Source of the DNA: an uncultured Actinomycetota bacterium
GTDB lineage: Bacteria; Actinomycetota; UBA4738
DNA: 64,000 bases
Direction of reading: 5' to 3'
NCBI GenBank assembly: GCA_963781595.1
Contig: CAWAGG010000006.1
Span: 2,626,923 to 2,690,922, forward strand
In this document: positions 17,280 to 26,929 of the stretch, in pieces
How positions within the stretch are numbered: the first letter of the stretch is position 1
Layout: every line of letters starts with the position of its first letter
Program-made: the position numbers and the translations under genes
Notes under the pieces: generated by a model
What the model saw: the letters and a program-made list of their open reading frames with translations, nothing else
Databases searched by the model: none
What the model was told of the DNA's origin: nothing

Positions 17280-17364
17280 AGGCCGGGTGAGGCCGGTCCG
17301 TCCGAGGGCCGGCCAGCTTCGGCCGTTGCTGCGCCTCGGCAGCTCGTAGTACGGTCCGGGGCCC

Positions 17365-17766
17365 TTGGACCGCAGCATCCCGATCGGTGAGGCCGCCCAG
17401 GCGCTGGGGGTCAGCCTCGACACCCTGCGCCGGTGGGAGCGCCAGGGCCGGATCCGCACCGAGCGCGACGAACGGAACCGCCGGCTGATCCCGGAGAGCG
17501 AGATCACCCGCCTCGGCGGGCGTCTTCCGTCGCACAGCGGCACCGGGTTCTCCGCGAGGAACCGGTTCGAAGGTGTGGTCACGGCCGTCGAGGTCTCAGG
17601 CGTCGTCGCCCTCGTCGAGATCCAGGCCGGCCCGCACCGGATCGTCTCGGTGATCACCCGCGACGCGGTTCAGGAGTTGGGTCTCGCGCCAGGCGTCCCG
17701 GCCGTCGCGACCGTCAAGGCCACCTCCGTCATCGTTCAGCGGGCGCGAGACGAACCGCACCACTGA
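17365..17766 (+). CDS. MerR/excisionase-type HTH fused to a TOBE (molybdate-binding-like) domain regulator
   Basis: IGEAAQALGVSLDTLRRWERQGRI..., then SARNRFEGVVTAVEVSGVVALVEIQAG...ATVKATSVIV. TTG start. Confidence 0.8.
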   Translation: MDRSIPIGEAAQALGVSLDTLRRWERQGRIRTERDERNRRLIPESEITRLGGRLPSHSGTGFSARNRFEGVVTAVEVSGVVALVEIQAGPHRIVSVITRDAVQELGLAPGVPAVATVKATSVIVQRARDEPHH

Positions 17767-17775
17767 GGGGCAGGC

Positions 17776-19098
17776 TCACCCGCTCGGCACCTCGAGCCGC
17801 GACAGGTCGTCCTCGGTCTCGCGGCGAAGGATCAACCGCGCCGAGCCGTCCGCCACGAGGACGACGGCGGGGCGTCCGACCTTGTTGTACGTGCTGGCCA
17901 TCGCGTACTCGTACGCGCCGGTCGACGCCACCGCCAGCAGGTCTCCGCGGCGGACGTCCGACGGCAGCGCGACGTCGCGGGCGAGGACATCGCCGGATTC
18001 GCAGTGCCGGCCCACGACCGTCACGTCCGCTCGCTCGATCGTGCCCGCGCGGGACGCCAGCTCGATCGTGTACCGCGACCCGTAGAGCGCGGGACGGATG
18101 TTGTCCGACATCCCGCCGTCGACGTTCACGTAGGTTCGCCCCGGCACGCGCTTGATCGTGCCGACCGAGTACAGGGTCACCGCGGCGCCGGACGTTATCG
18201 CGCGGCCCGGTTCGACCACGAGCTCCGGGACGTCCAGACCGCGCGCCTGGCACTCACGGGTCAGCAAGCCGCCGAGGGTCCGGCCGAGGTCCTCCGGCTC
18301 GAACGGTCGCTCGTCCCGGTAGGTCACGGCCATCCCGCCGCCGACGTCGAGCACCTGGGCGACGAACCCGACCTCGCTCCGCATCTCCTCCAGGAACGAC
18401 ACGACGACCTCGAGCGCGCCCAGGTACGGCGCCGCGTCCACGACCTGCGAGCCGATGTGCGCGTGGATCCCGGCCACCCGGATGCCCGGCGTCCGGACCG
18501 CCTGCGCGAGCGCCGCGGCCGCCATCCCCTCGTCCAGCGGGATGCCGAACTTCGTGTCGACGGTCCCGGTCCGGACGTACTCGTGCGTCCCCGCCTCCAG
18601 GCCCGGCACGACGCGGAGCAGGATCGCCTGCTCCACGCCGGCGGAACCCGCGGCCGCGGAGATGCGACCGAGTTCCTCCTCGTTGTCGACGACCAGGATC
18701 CCCACGCCGGCGCGGATCGCCGTCTCGATCTCCGCGTCCGACTTGTTCGTCCCGTGGAACGCGATCCCGTCCGCGGGTGCGCCCGCCCGCAGGCATGCGT
18801 CGAGCTCGCCGCCGGTCGCGACCAGGAGGCCCAAGCCCTCCTCGACCGCGATCCGGATCAGCGCACCCGCAGGGAACGCCTTGACCGCCCAGAGCGCCCG
18901 AGGGAACGCCTCGCGGAACCGGCGGCACCGCTCGCGCATGTGCGCCTCGTCGATGACGACGAGCGGCGTGCCGAACCGCCCCGCCAGGTCGTTCGCGGAG
19001 CATCCGGCAACCGACAGACCGTCGTCGCCGAACGCCGCGCCGAGCGGCCATGGCCCAGGCCGTTCGCCGGCCGTCATCCCGCTGCGTCGCATCGTCAC
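17776..19098 (-). CDS. lysA: Diaminopimelate decarboxylase
   Basis: GTPLVVIDEAHMRERCRRFREAF...WAVKAF..., HIGSQ, CESGD motifs. Confidence 0.95.
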   Translation of the reverse strand: MTMRRSGMTAGERPGPWPLGAAFGDDGLSVAGCSANDLAGRFGTPLVVIDEAHMRERCRRFREAFPRALWAVKAFPAGALIRIAVEEGLGLLVATGGELDACLRAGAPADGIAFHGTNKSDAEIETAIRAGVGILVVDNEEELGRISAAAGSAGVEQAILLRVVPGLEAGTHEYVRTGTVDTKFGIPLDEGMAAAALAQAVRTPGIRVAGIHAHIGSQVVDAAPYLGALEVVVSFLEEMRSEVGFVAQVLDVGGGMAVTYRDERPFEPEDLGRTLGGLLTRECQARGLDVPELVVEPGRAITSGAAVTLYSVGTIKRVPGRTYVNVDGGMSDNIRPALYGSRYTIELASRAGTIERADVTVVGRHCESGDVLARDVALPSDVRRGDLLAVASTGAYEYAMASTYNKVGRPAVVLVADGSARLILRRETEDDLSRLEVPSG

Positions 19099-19102
19099 GA
19101 AC

Positions 19103-20263
19103 CTAGCCGACGGCCGTGGCGATCACGCCGACGAGTAGCGCCCCCAGGAGGACCGCCCACACCGGAGCCCTCCGCCACAGGGCCGCCGCCGCCACCGCCG
19201 CCACGGCGATCCGGAACGGCGTCGAGAGCCCGACACGACCCAGGGAGACCGCCGACGCCGCGATCGCGCCGAAGGCCGCCGCGTTGAACCCGCTCGCCGT
19301 CGCCCGCACCGCCGGGTTCCCGCGCAGGGACCGCAAGAAGGGTCCGCTCGCGCCTAGCACGATCAGGAACGCGGGCAGGTAGATCGCGACGGTCGCCACC
19401 AGCGCGCCCAGCACGCCCGTCACCCGGTACCCCACGAATGCCGCGGACGTGACGATCGGGCCCGGGGTCGCCTGCCCCAGCGCGATCCCGTCGAGGAACT
19501 GCCCCTTCGTCAACCAGCCGTGCGCAAGCACCTCCGGCTCGAGCAGCGGCACAAGCACGTACCCGCCGCCGAACAGCAGCGCCCCTGTCTTGAGGAACAC
19601 CCACGCGAGGGCGGGCAGCTGGGCGATCCCGACGGCCGCCAGGGGAACCAGGGCCAGCGCCACGGCTGCGGCGATCACCGCCGCCCCGCGTTCGCCGCCC
19701 GCGTTTCCCCGCCGTTCGAACGCACCCTCGAGCAGTGTCGCCGCCCCTCCGGCCAGCACCCACAGGGCGCTCCATCGCGGCAGCCACAGGGTCAGCGCGA
19801 ACGCCCCGACGGCGACCGCCGCGGGCACCACCCGAGAGACCGTGGCCCGTAACCGCCACAGCGCGAAGACGATCACGACCACGGCGGCCGCCTGCAGGCC
19901 CGCGAGCGTGTCGGCGGGCACCCCGAGGCTCCCGAGCGCGAAGTACAGCGCCGCGAGCGCCGTCATCATCACGAACGCCGGCAGCGCGAAGCACACCCCG
20001 GCGACGAGCCCACCGGTCCGGCCGGCGACCAAGTATCCGATATGGATCGCCATCTCGGAGGAGTTCGGGCCGGGCACCAGGTTCGTCACGCCGAGGGCGT
20101 CGGTGAACGCCTGGCCCGAGATCCACCCGCGGCGCTCGACCAGCTCATCCTGCATCAGCGCGATGTGCGCGGTGGGTCCGCCGAACCCGATCAGCCCGAA
20201 CCGCGTGAACGTGCGGGCGACGGTCCGCAACCCGACGCGCTGGCCGGCGGGCTCAGGCTCCAC
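19103..20263 (-). CDS. chrA: Chromate ion transporter (CHR family)
   Basis: FGLIGFGGPTAHIALMQDELVERRGWIS...LVPGPNSSEMAIHIGY and a second CHR half (GQATPGPIVTSAAFVGY). Confidence 0.9.
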   Translation of the reverse strand: MEPEPAGQRVGLRTVARTFTRFGLIGFGGPTAHIALMQDELVERRGWISGQAFTDALGVTNLVPGPNSSEMAIHIGYLVAGRTGGLVAGVCFALPAFVMMTALAALYFALGSLGVPADTLAGLQAAAVVVIVFALWRLRATVSRVVPAAVAVGAFALTLWLPRWSALWVLAGGAATLLEGAFERRGNAGGERGAAVIAAAVALALVPLAAVGIAQLPALAWVFLKTGALLFGGGYVLVPLLEPEVLAHGWLTKGQFLDGIALGQATPGPIVTSAAFVGYRVTGVLGALVATVAIYLPAFLIVLGASGPFLRSLRGNPAVRATASGFNAAAFGAIAASAVSLGRVGLSTPFRIAVAAVAAAALWRRAPVWAVLLGALLVGVIATAVG

Positions 20264-20296
20264 GTTGACGTCCCGACCCGTGCCGCGATCTGTGTG

Positions 20297-21310
20297 CTAC
20301 CCGAGCCCGTAGATCTCGGGCTTCGCCTGGCGCAGCATCAGCGACGCGACCATCTCGGCCGGCGCGACGTTCTCGTAAAGCACCTTTACCACATGCTCGG
20401 CGATGGGGACCTCGACGTCGTTCGCCTGCGCCAGCTCGCAGAGGGGGCGCGAGGACTTCACGCCCTCGGCGACCATGTTCATGTCGGCGACGATGTCGTC
20501 GAGCTTGCGGCCCTTCCCGAGCTCCTCGCCGACGAACCGGTTCCGCGAGAGCTTCGACACGCACGTCGCGATCAGGTCGCCCATGCCGGCCAGCCCGGCG
20601 AACGTCAACGGGTTGCCTCCGAGGCGAGCACCCAGGCGAGCGAGCTCCGCGAGCCCCCGCGTCAGCAACGAGGCCTTCGCGTTGTCACCGAACGCCATCC
20701 CGTCGGCGATCCCGGCGGCGATCGCGATCACGTTCTTCATCGCGCCCGCCATCTCGCAGCCGATGACGTCGGGGTTCGTGTAGACGCGGAAGTAGGGCGC
20801 CATGAACAGGCCCTGCAGCTCCTTCGCCCGATCCTCGTCGGGACACGCGATCACCGTCGCCGCCGGCGCGCGGCGAGCGATCTCCTTCGCCAGGTTCGGC
20901 CCCGTGAGCACGCAGGCGAGGTCCGCGTGCAGCCCCTCGCGGTGCATCACCTCGGTCATGCGCAGGCTGGTCCCCTGTTCGATCCCCTTCGTGAGCGAGA
21001 CGACCGGCACGTCGGGTCCGAGCTCGGGGCGGACCTGGACGAAGATCGAACGGAACGACTGCGACGGGATCGCCATCACGACGCACGTGGCCCCGGCGAC
21101 CGCTGCCCCCAGGTCGGTCGTCGCGCGCAGGGACGCGGGGAGCTCGATGCCGGCGAGGTACTCGGCGTTCTCGTGCTGTTCCGTGATCGCCGCGGCCAGC
21201 TCCTCGCGGCGAGCCCACAGGATCGTGTCGATCCCCTTCTCCGCCGTGATCGTGGCGAACGCCGTTCCCCACGAGCCCGCGCCGATCACCGCGACCTTCG
21301 GCTCGGTCAT
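20297..21310 (-). CDS. gpsA: NAD(P)H-dependent glycerol-3-phosphate dehydrogenase
   Basis: KVAVIGAGSWGTAFA..., SLTKGIE, GAMKNVIAIAAGI. Confidence 0.95.
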   Translation of the reverse strand: MTEPKVAVIGAGSWGTAFATITAEKGIDTILWARREELAAAITEQHENAEYLAGIELPASLRATTDLGAAVAGATCVVMAIPSQSFRSIFVQVRPELGPDVPVVSLTKGIEQGTSLRMTEVMHREGLHADLACVLTGPNLAKEIARRAPAATVIACPDEDRAKELQGLFMAPYFRVYTNPDVIGCEMAGAMKNVIAIAAGIADGMAFGDNAKASLLTRGLAELARLGARLGGNPLTFAGLAGMGDLIATCVSKLSRNRFVGEELGKGRKLDDIVADMNMVAEGVKSSRPLCELAQANDVEVPIAEHVVKVLYENVAPAEMVASLMLRQAKPEIYGLG

Positions 21311-21323
21311 ACGGCCCCGGGCT

Positions 21324-21995
21324 TCACGCCCACTTCTTCGGGTACCGCGAACGGAGATCCAGCACCATCGCGCGCAGTTCGTCCATCACGGACTCGGTCA
21401 CCTTGCGCAGGGTCGGGAGCTCGTCCTTCGTCGCTTCGAACTCCGAGAAGTCCATCGGCTGGCCCGCCTTCAACCAGATCGGACGGCCGAATCGGAGGTC
21501 GCCGCCGCTCCTCTGCCAGACGTCGTGGGAGCCCCAGATCGCGATCGGATGCACCGGAACCCCCGCCTGCAGCGCGAGACGCGCGATCCCGAGCTTGCCC
21601 TGCATCGGCAGGTTGTCGGGATCCTTCGTGGTGGTCCCCTCCGGGTAGACGACGACGACCTCGCCGTCCTGGAGCGCATCGACTGCGGCGGTCAACGGCG
21701 CCACCGAACCGCTCCCCCGTTCGACGGGGATCTGCTTCGCGCCGTTGAGCACCGTCCGAAGGAACGGGTTCTCGAACAGCTCCTGCTTCGCCAGGAAGCG
21801 AGCCTTGCGCCCGGCCTTGACCAGGATGTACGCGTGCGCGATCGGGTCGAAGTACGAGATGTGGTTCGCTGCGACCAGGACCGGCCCCTCACGAGGGATG
21901 TTCTCGAGCCCCTCGAAGCGCCAGTTGAACCACAGCGCCGCGGGCGGCCTGAGGACCCCGTGCGCGACGGTGAACCAGGGTTCGAACTCGGCCAC
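21324..21995 (-). CDS. plsC: 1-acyl-sn-glycerol-3-phosphate acyltransferase
   Basis: LVAANHISYFDP (HX4D), VYPEGTT. GTG at 21995 has GGAGG 4 nt upstream. The long N-terminal extension in the ORF track was rejected. Confidence 0.85.
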   Translation of the reverse strand: MAEFEPWFTVAHGVLRPPAALWFNWRFEGLENIPREGPVLVAANHISYFDPIAHAYILVKAGRKARFLAKQELFENPFLRTVLNGAKQIPVERGSGSVAPLTAAVDALQDGEVVVVYPEGTTTKDPDNLPMQGKLGIARLALQAGVPVHPIAIWGSHDVWQRSGGDLRFGRPIWLKAGQPMDFSEFEATKDELPTLRKVTESVMDELRAMVLDLRSRYPKKWA

Positions 21996-22095
21996 CTGAC
22001 CTCCTGCCGATGCCGCTCGTGCCGGGTGACCGCCGGGCCCCGCCCGGATGCACGAGCCCCGGATGCCGGCCGGGCGGACGTATCCTAACAACCCC

Positions 22096-22743
22096 ATGCG
22101 GGTGCTCGCGGTGCCGGTGAAGTCCCTCCATCGCGCGAAGGGTCGCCTCGCGCCGCTGCTCTCCCCCGTCGAGCGGGCGATGCTGACGCTGGCGATGCTC
22201 GATGACGTGCTGGACGCCGCGCTCGCGCAGGACAGCTGGCAGACGTGGGTGGTCTCGCCGGACGAGGCCGTGCTGGAGGTCGCCGCGCGCCGGGGGGCGA
22301 AGCCGTTCCCCGAGACGGCCGGCACGTTGCTGCGAGCGCTCCGCGAGGTCGAGAGCCAGGTGAACGGTGCCCGGAGCGAGCTGGCCGTGCTGCTCGCGGA
22401 CCTGGCGCTGCTCACGCCTGGCGCGCTGGCGCGCGCGCTGGAGGTCGACGCGGCCGTCGTGGCGGCTCCCTCAGGCTCGGACGCGGGGACGAACCTCCTG
22501 GTCCGCTGGCCGCCGCAGGTGATCCCGGCGCGATTCGGTCCGAATTCGTTCGGCCGGCATCGCTGGGCGGCAAGGCGGGCACGGGTCACGTTCGCCGAGG
22601 TCCGGGACCCGGAGGTGGCGTTCGACCTAGATCGGCCGGAGGACGTCCGGACGTTCCTCGCCGCGTCGAGGCCGGGACGGACCGCGTCCGTTTGTCATGA
22701 GCTTGGGCTGGCAGCGAGACTTCGGCGGGCCGAGTTGGCCTGA
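22096..22743 (+). CDS. cofC: 2-phospho-L-lactate / PEP guanylyltransferase (F420 biosynthesis)
   Basis: MRVLAVPVKSLHRAKGRLAPLLSPVERAMLTLAMLDDVL...LLADLALLTPGAL...GTNLL. Confidence 0.85.
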   Translation: MRVLAVPVKSLHRAKGRLAPLLSPVERAMLTLAMLDDVLDAALAQDSWQTWVVSPDEAVLEVAARRGAKPFPETAGTLLRALREVESQVNGARSELAVLLADLALLTPGALARALEVDAAVVAAPSGSDAGTNLLVRWPPQVIPARFGPNSFGRHRWAARRARVTFAEVRDPEVAFDLDRPEDVRTFLAASRPGRTASVCHELGLAARLRRAELA

Positions 22744-22773
22744 CCGGCGGCGAGCGACGACGGGAGACGATCG

Positions 22774-22989
22774 ATGGCGCAGGGGACGGTTCGGGACTTC
22801 GACATCGAAGGCAGGACGGGGACGCTGTTGATGGACGACCGGACCGAGGTGCAGGTCGAGCCGGCGTCGATCCCGGAGGGCTCGGAGATCCGGTACCTGC
22901 GCCTCGGCCAGCGCGTCGGCTTCGACGTCGAGGACGAGGGCGAACGCAAGGTCGCGCGGAACCTCCGGGTCGTTACCTTCGGCATGTAG
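22774..22989 (+). CDS. Cold-shock-domain-like small protein (71 aa)
   Basis: MAQGTVRDFDIEGRTGTLLMDDRTEVQV...GQRVGFDVEDEGERKVARNL. OB-fold/Csp-like layout, but the canonical RNP motifs are weak. Confidence 0.65.
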   Translation: MAQGTVRDFDIEGRTGTLLMDDRTEVQVEPASIPEGSEIRYLRLGQRVGFDVEDEGERKVARNLRVVTFGM

Positions 22990-23019
22990 CGGCCCGATCG
23001 CTCTCGAGCCGCGGGGGGC

Positions 23020-23385
23020 CTAGCGGCGCGGCAGACGCGCGGTCCGGCGGGGGCTCCGCCGGAACACGGACGGCACCCGTGACTTCGCCGTGGCGGGAGC
23101 GCTCCGCCGACGGCGCGCGACGATCTCTCGGAACGGCTTGCCCGGGTGGAACGCCGGCACGAGGGTCGCGGGCACGACCACCTTCCGGTCCGCGTTGATG
23201 TCCCGGGCGACGCGCCGCGCGCGCGCCTGCCGCAGGAACGTGCCGAACCCCTGGATCACGACCCGGTCACCGATCGCGACCGTTCGCACGATCGTGTCGA
23301 TGACCGCGTCGACGACCTCGGCGACCTCGGCGGGCTCGCGGCCGAGTCGGACCGCAACGTCGTTCACCAGTTCGCGCTTGTTCAC
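23020..23385 (-). CDS. HU-family nucleoid protein with an Arg-rich C-terminal tail
   Basis: VNKRELVNDVAVRLG...GFGTFLRQARARRVARDINADRKVVVPATLVPAFHPGKPFRE, then RRRRSAPATAKSRVPSVFRRSPRRTARLPRR. GTG at 23385 with a GGTGGAG RBS. Confidence 0.85.
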   Translation of the reverse strand: MNKRELVNDVAVRLGREPAEVAEVVDAVIDTIVRTVAIGDRVVIQGFGTFLRQARARRVARDINADRKVVVPATLVPAFHPGKPFREIVARRRRSAPATAKSRVPSVFRRSPRRTARLPRR

Positions 23386-23463
23386 TACGCTCCACCCCCT
23401 GGAGGTTCCAACGGTACCCCACTCCGGCACGAAGGGGAGCCGCTGGGCGCGTCGTGATGATGT

Positions 23464-24072
23464 TCAACCTCCCGCCGTCGAGGCGGTCCGCGCGATCACG
23501 TGGAAGACGTGCCAGTGCTTCGGACCCACGAAGGAGTCCCCCGGCCCGTCCTCCTCCTCGAGCGCGAGCACCTCGAAGCCCGACATCAGCGCGTCCAGCC
23601 GCACGCGCGTCACGAAGGTCATCGATGGGTCGCCCGACCACGAATCGTGGTCGCCGAACAGCTCGCCGGCGAAGAGGCCCTCCGGCCGGAGCGCTTCGCG
23701 GATGCGTTCCCACAGATCGTCGAACCGGTCCGGAGGACAGAAGGGCAACGAGTAGCTGGCGAACACGAGGTCCGCGCTCGGCAGGGGGACGTCCTCCAGG
23801 CGTGCGGTGACCACCTCCAGGCGTGCGGCGTGCTCGTCAGGAGCGTCGGCCCGGAGGTGCTCGGCGGCGGTCGGTTCGGCGTCGACGGCGAGTACGTGCC
23901 ACCGCTGCGCGAGCAGCGCGCGGGTCTCGGTCCCGTCGCCGAACCCGAGCTCGATCGCCTGCCGGCCGGGAGGTTCGGGGCCCAGGATCGCGACCGCCCG
24001 CTCGAACAGCGGGCGCGGTTGGCGGCCCCTCGTCGCCCGGTGGTAGCTCGCCCAGTCGCTCATCGTCCGCAA
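23464..24072 (-). CDS. Class I SAM-dependent methyltransferase
   Basis: Motif I AIELGFGDGTETRAL; acidic loop LAVDAEP. Confidence 0.85.
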   Translation of the reverse strand: MRTMSDWASYHRATRGRQPRPLFERAVAILGPEPPGRQAIELGFGDGTETRALLAQRWHVLAVDAEPTAAEHLRADAPDEHAARLEVVTARLEDVPLPSADLVFASYSLPFCPPDRFDDLWERIREALRPEGLFAGELFGDHDSWSGDPSMTFVTRVRLDALMSGFEVLALEEEDGPGDSFVGPKHWHVFHVIARTASTAGG

Positions 24073-24241
24073 CGCGCACCTTACGGCACGGCTCTGCGGA
24101 GGAGCTCACCTGCAGGGTCACGATCCTTCCCCTCCGGGAGGCTGGGCCCTGCTACCCTTTCCGGCGTGACAGCGGCCCTGCGAGCCGCCGAGATCGGTCC
24201 GTACCGAGGGCCAGGTGCGCAGAACCGCAGGTCACACCCAC

Positions 24242-24312
24242 TGGCCCGTGGGGTAATGGTAGCCCGACTGACTCTGGATCAGTTAGTCTTGGTTCGAATC
24301 CAGGCGGGCCAG
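24242..24312 (+). tRNA. tRNA-Gln (anticodon CUG)
   Basis: Folded by hand. Acceptor tggcccg/cgggcca (U1:A72). D arm gggt-aatggta-gccc. Anticodon stem actga/tcagt with loop cuCUGga. 4-nt variable region. T arm cttgg-ttcgaat-ccagg. Discriminator G. CCA is not encoded. Confidence 0.9.
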
Positions 24313-24361
24313 CGAGGCTCTGACCAGCGCGTTCCTTACGCGGGACGGGCGGGCCGCGTTG

Positions 24362-24383
24362 GATTGGGAACGCGATTGGGAAC
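24362..24383. repeat. Direct repeat gattgggaac x2 (2-nt spacer) between tRNA-Gln and the integrase remnant
   Basis: Read directly: gattgggaac gc gattgggaac. A role as a recombinase arm-type site is speculation. Confidence 0.6.
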
Positions 24384-24389
24384 ACGGCC

Positions 24390-24938
24390 TCACCCGACGG
24401 TCCCCAGCAGCCGATCGAGACGCGGCGCGGCGTCGGTCTTCAGCTTCGGCAGAACGCTCGCGTACACGTCAGCCGTGATCGCGATTCCCGCATGGCCGAG
24501 CAGCTCCGACACCACCTTCAGGTCCTCGCCGCCGCCAAGCATCAGCGTCGCGGCAGCCGTGTCGCAGGTCGTGGATCGAACACGCTCGACGCTCGCCTTC
24601 CGGAGCCGCGACTGGAACGCTTCGGTGAGCCCGTGCGGACTCCTAATCTGACCGTCGCCCCTGTCCACCACGAGGTCCAAGTCGCGCCACGCCTCGCCGA
24701 TCCGCAGACGGTGTGATGCCTGCTCCCTCCGGTGACGTCTGAGTGACTCGACGACGAACGCCGGCATCGGTAGCTCACGTCGCGAGCTCCGCGTCTTCGG
24801 CTCGCCGATGAAGTACCGGCTCCCCGAGATCGCCGCGATCGAACGCGAGGCGCGGCGGGCGGCGGCCATGGACGCAGCCTCGATGGCACGCCTACCGGCG
24901 TTGAGCCGTTGGGAGGTTAGGGCGAAGGAGGCCTTCAT
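24390..24938 (-). pseudogene. Tyrosine recombinase (phage-type integrase) remnant: catalytic domain only, active-site motif out of frame
   Basis: GEPKTRSSRRELPMP..., LKVVSELLGHAGIAITADVYASV (LGH...Y box). The conserved HDLRH is encoded in an alternative frame (tcg atc cac gac ctg cga cac), while the open frame reads VRSTTCDTAAATLML. The N-terminal arm and core-binding domains are absent. Confidence 0.8.
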
Positions 24939-25374
24939 CCGGAAGATCCCGGGGCACCCGCGAGGTGGACGGGACCCGTTCAGCGTGATCTACCACGAGG
25001 CGACCCACCTCAGCGCGGGAATCGTCCGAGGCTTCGAGGCCGTTTCGACGGAACTGTCGCCGCCCGATCGCCTCGGCCTCGCCGGCGTCGTGTGGTGGAC
25101 GAGCCGACCCGATGCGGCGACGGTCGGATCGGCGTTGCTGTTCGCCCTGGCGTCGTTCGAGGAGACGGCGCACGACCTGCCCCAGCTCGATCTCCGTCAC
25201 CAGCTGGAGGACTACGCCGACGGCTGGTGGGACAGGCTCGGCCGGGATTGCGACCAGCTCCTCGACGACCGGCGCTTCCGCGTGCTCTACGTCAGGGTCC
25301 GGGACGGCCTGCGCGAGTACGGGTACCTCGACGCGGACGGAATCCGGACCATCGTGGAGGACGTCCCGCTGTGA
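24883..25374 (+). CDS. Hypothetical protein with an HExxH motif (possible ImmA/IrrE-like metallopeptidase)
   Basis: FSVIYHEATHLSAGIV.... High GC3 across the ORF. The start is uncertain: the ORF-track start at 24808 overlaps the integrase remnant. Confidence 0.5.
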   Translation: MARLPALSRWEVRAKEAFIRKIPGHPRGGRDPFSVIYHEATHLSAGIVRGFEAVSTELSPPDRLGLAGVVWWTSRPDAATVGSALLFALASFEETAHDLPQLDLRHQLEDYADGWWDRLGRDCDQLLDDRRFRVLYVRVRDGLREYGYLDADGIRTIVEDVPL

Positions 25375-25922
25375 GGGGACGGCTGGACCCGTAGTCAACC
25401 CGATGGACGGAGCGGCCGATGAGGTGAGAGGTCCGGCCGGTGTCGGACGCTCCTTCAGGGGGAAGGTCAGCATTCGGCCGGACCTCGCCCGCACGCTAGA
25501 GCGGCCGAGCGTGGCGCGTCCATCGCCTTCGTGTCCGTACTTTTCCCCCACGGCTTCGTCCTCCGCGCCAAGAGGGTGGGTCGCGTTCCCGGACCGACGC
25601 GGCGAACGTCGGTGCCGGCCGGTAGCGAAAGACTCGTGGCCATCGAGCACGACGTGTCGAAGCTGCGCAAGCTCGTCCAGCGGATCTCGGTGCTCGCGCA
25701 AGCGCCGAAGGTCCTTCGGCCGAGGGCAACGAAGAGGCGGGCCGAGAACGGACTGCTCGGGCCCCAGATCGCTCGAGGCAGCACGTGCCCTCGGCCCGCC
25801 GCGTTCGAATACTGCTCCTTCAGGGTGAATCGGCGCAAACTAGCGCGAAAGGGACGCTCCGGGGCCGACGCGTTCGGCTTGTACTTCGCGAAGATAGGGG
25901 ACTCGTCACCGGCTCCGGCCCG

Positions 25923-26140
25923 ATCAAGACCACGCACCTGCCGTGTCCGTTCTGCGCGGCCGCGGACTGGATGGTCTACGCGGACGCGGAGACCAAGACC
26001 CTCATGACCCGCGACCACGGCTGCCAGGCATGTGGGCGGAGCGCCCGATTCGAGATCGACCTCGACGAACACGGTGCCACCGCGGAACTCGTCCAGACTG
26101 GCGGTCCCGATCCGCCCGATTGGATGGTCCCGCCGAGACG
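25923..26140 (+). other. Possible 4-Cys zinc-ribbon coding remnant without a credible start codon
   Basis: IKTTHLPCPFCAAADWMVYADAETKTLMTRDHGCQACGRSARFEIDLDEHGATAELV. GC3 is high only over this stretch. The only upstream in-frame start is the GTG at 25785, across a low-GC3 segment. Confidence 0.3.
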
Positions 26141-26374
26141 GGTCGATCGAGGGGCCGCGCAAGCACGAGGAGCCATGGGCACGCGATCCCGGCACGGAGA
26201 CCACGGGCTCGTTAGGCCGCGGCGGCTGGCCGGTGAGCATCATCGCGAGGTAGACGATCTGCGCGCGGCGTGTCCTGGACCGGCTTCGTCGCGACGAGCG
26301 GCTCGGTCCGCCCGTTCGGGTAGACGACCGAGGACCGTGGGTTTGCGTTCAGCGTCGATCAGGATGCGGTAGGC

Positions 26375-26866
26375 CTATGCCGGACCCAGGACATCGCACA
26401 TGTCGATCTCGATCGGCGCCGGGTCCGTGAGCAGGAAGCTACCGTCCGGCGGGAAGGTCGCCTCGAAGCGGCCCTTGCTGAACAGGACCTCCCCAGGACG
26501 GTTCGTGAAGCCGTTGAGCCACCCGCCCGTGCCGACCAGGTCGACCGATCCATCGGGTGGGAAGGTGTACGTGCCCGGTCCGGAGATGTTGAGATCGATG
26601 CTTTCATCGGTCGCGACGTTGGTGAGGCGCGCCTTGAGCGTCCCGGTGACGAGTTGGCGCACCACGTTCCCATCCTTATCGAAGAACGTCGTCTGCACCT
26701 CGTTGTTCACGAGCACGTGGGACAGGATATCGAAGCCGCAATCCGAGATCGTGAAGTCGTTGGGCGTGGGGAGCGGTTCGCGTGTGGGTGGTCCCGCGGA
26801 AGCCGGACCCGCCGACAGCAGGACGACCGATGCGAGCGTGATGGAGATGATGACCCCTCTCCGCAC
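26375..26866 (-). CDS. Secreted hypothetical protein (163 aa, two Cys)
   Basis: The GTG at 26866 has AAAGGAGGG 6 nt upstream. Signal peptide VRRGVIISITLASVVLLSAGPASA. The mature part is beta-rich (TFFDKDGNVVRQLVTGTLKARLTNV...). Confidence 0.7.
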   Translation of the reverse strand: MRRGVIISITLASVVLLSAGPASAGPPTREPLPTPNDFTISDCGFDILSHVLVNNEVQTTFFDKDGNVVRQLVTGTLKARLTNVATDESIDLNISGPGTYTFPPDGSVDLVGTGGWLNGFTNRPGEVLFSKGRFEATFPPDGSFLLTDPAPIEIDMCDVLGPA

Positions 26867-26929
26867 CTCAAACCCTCCTTTCGCCACGACGCACCGCATC
26901 GTGGACCGTCTGCCCTGCGGGGCACAGTC

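Noticed and set aside
25467-26243. Minus-strand ORF containing IVYLAMMLTGQPPRPNE, reminiscent of recombinase box I (TG.R..E)
   Set aside because: The match is short and inexact. The rest of the ORF is Arg/Pro-rich and antisense to the zinc-ribbon-like stretch. It cannot be supported as a second integrase fragment.
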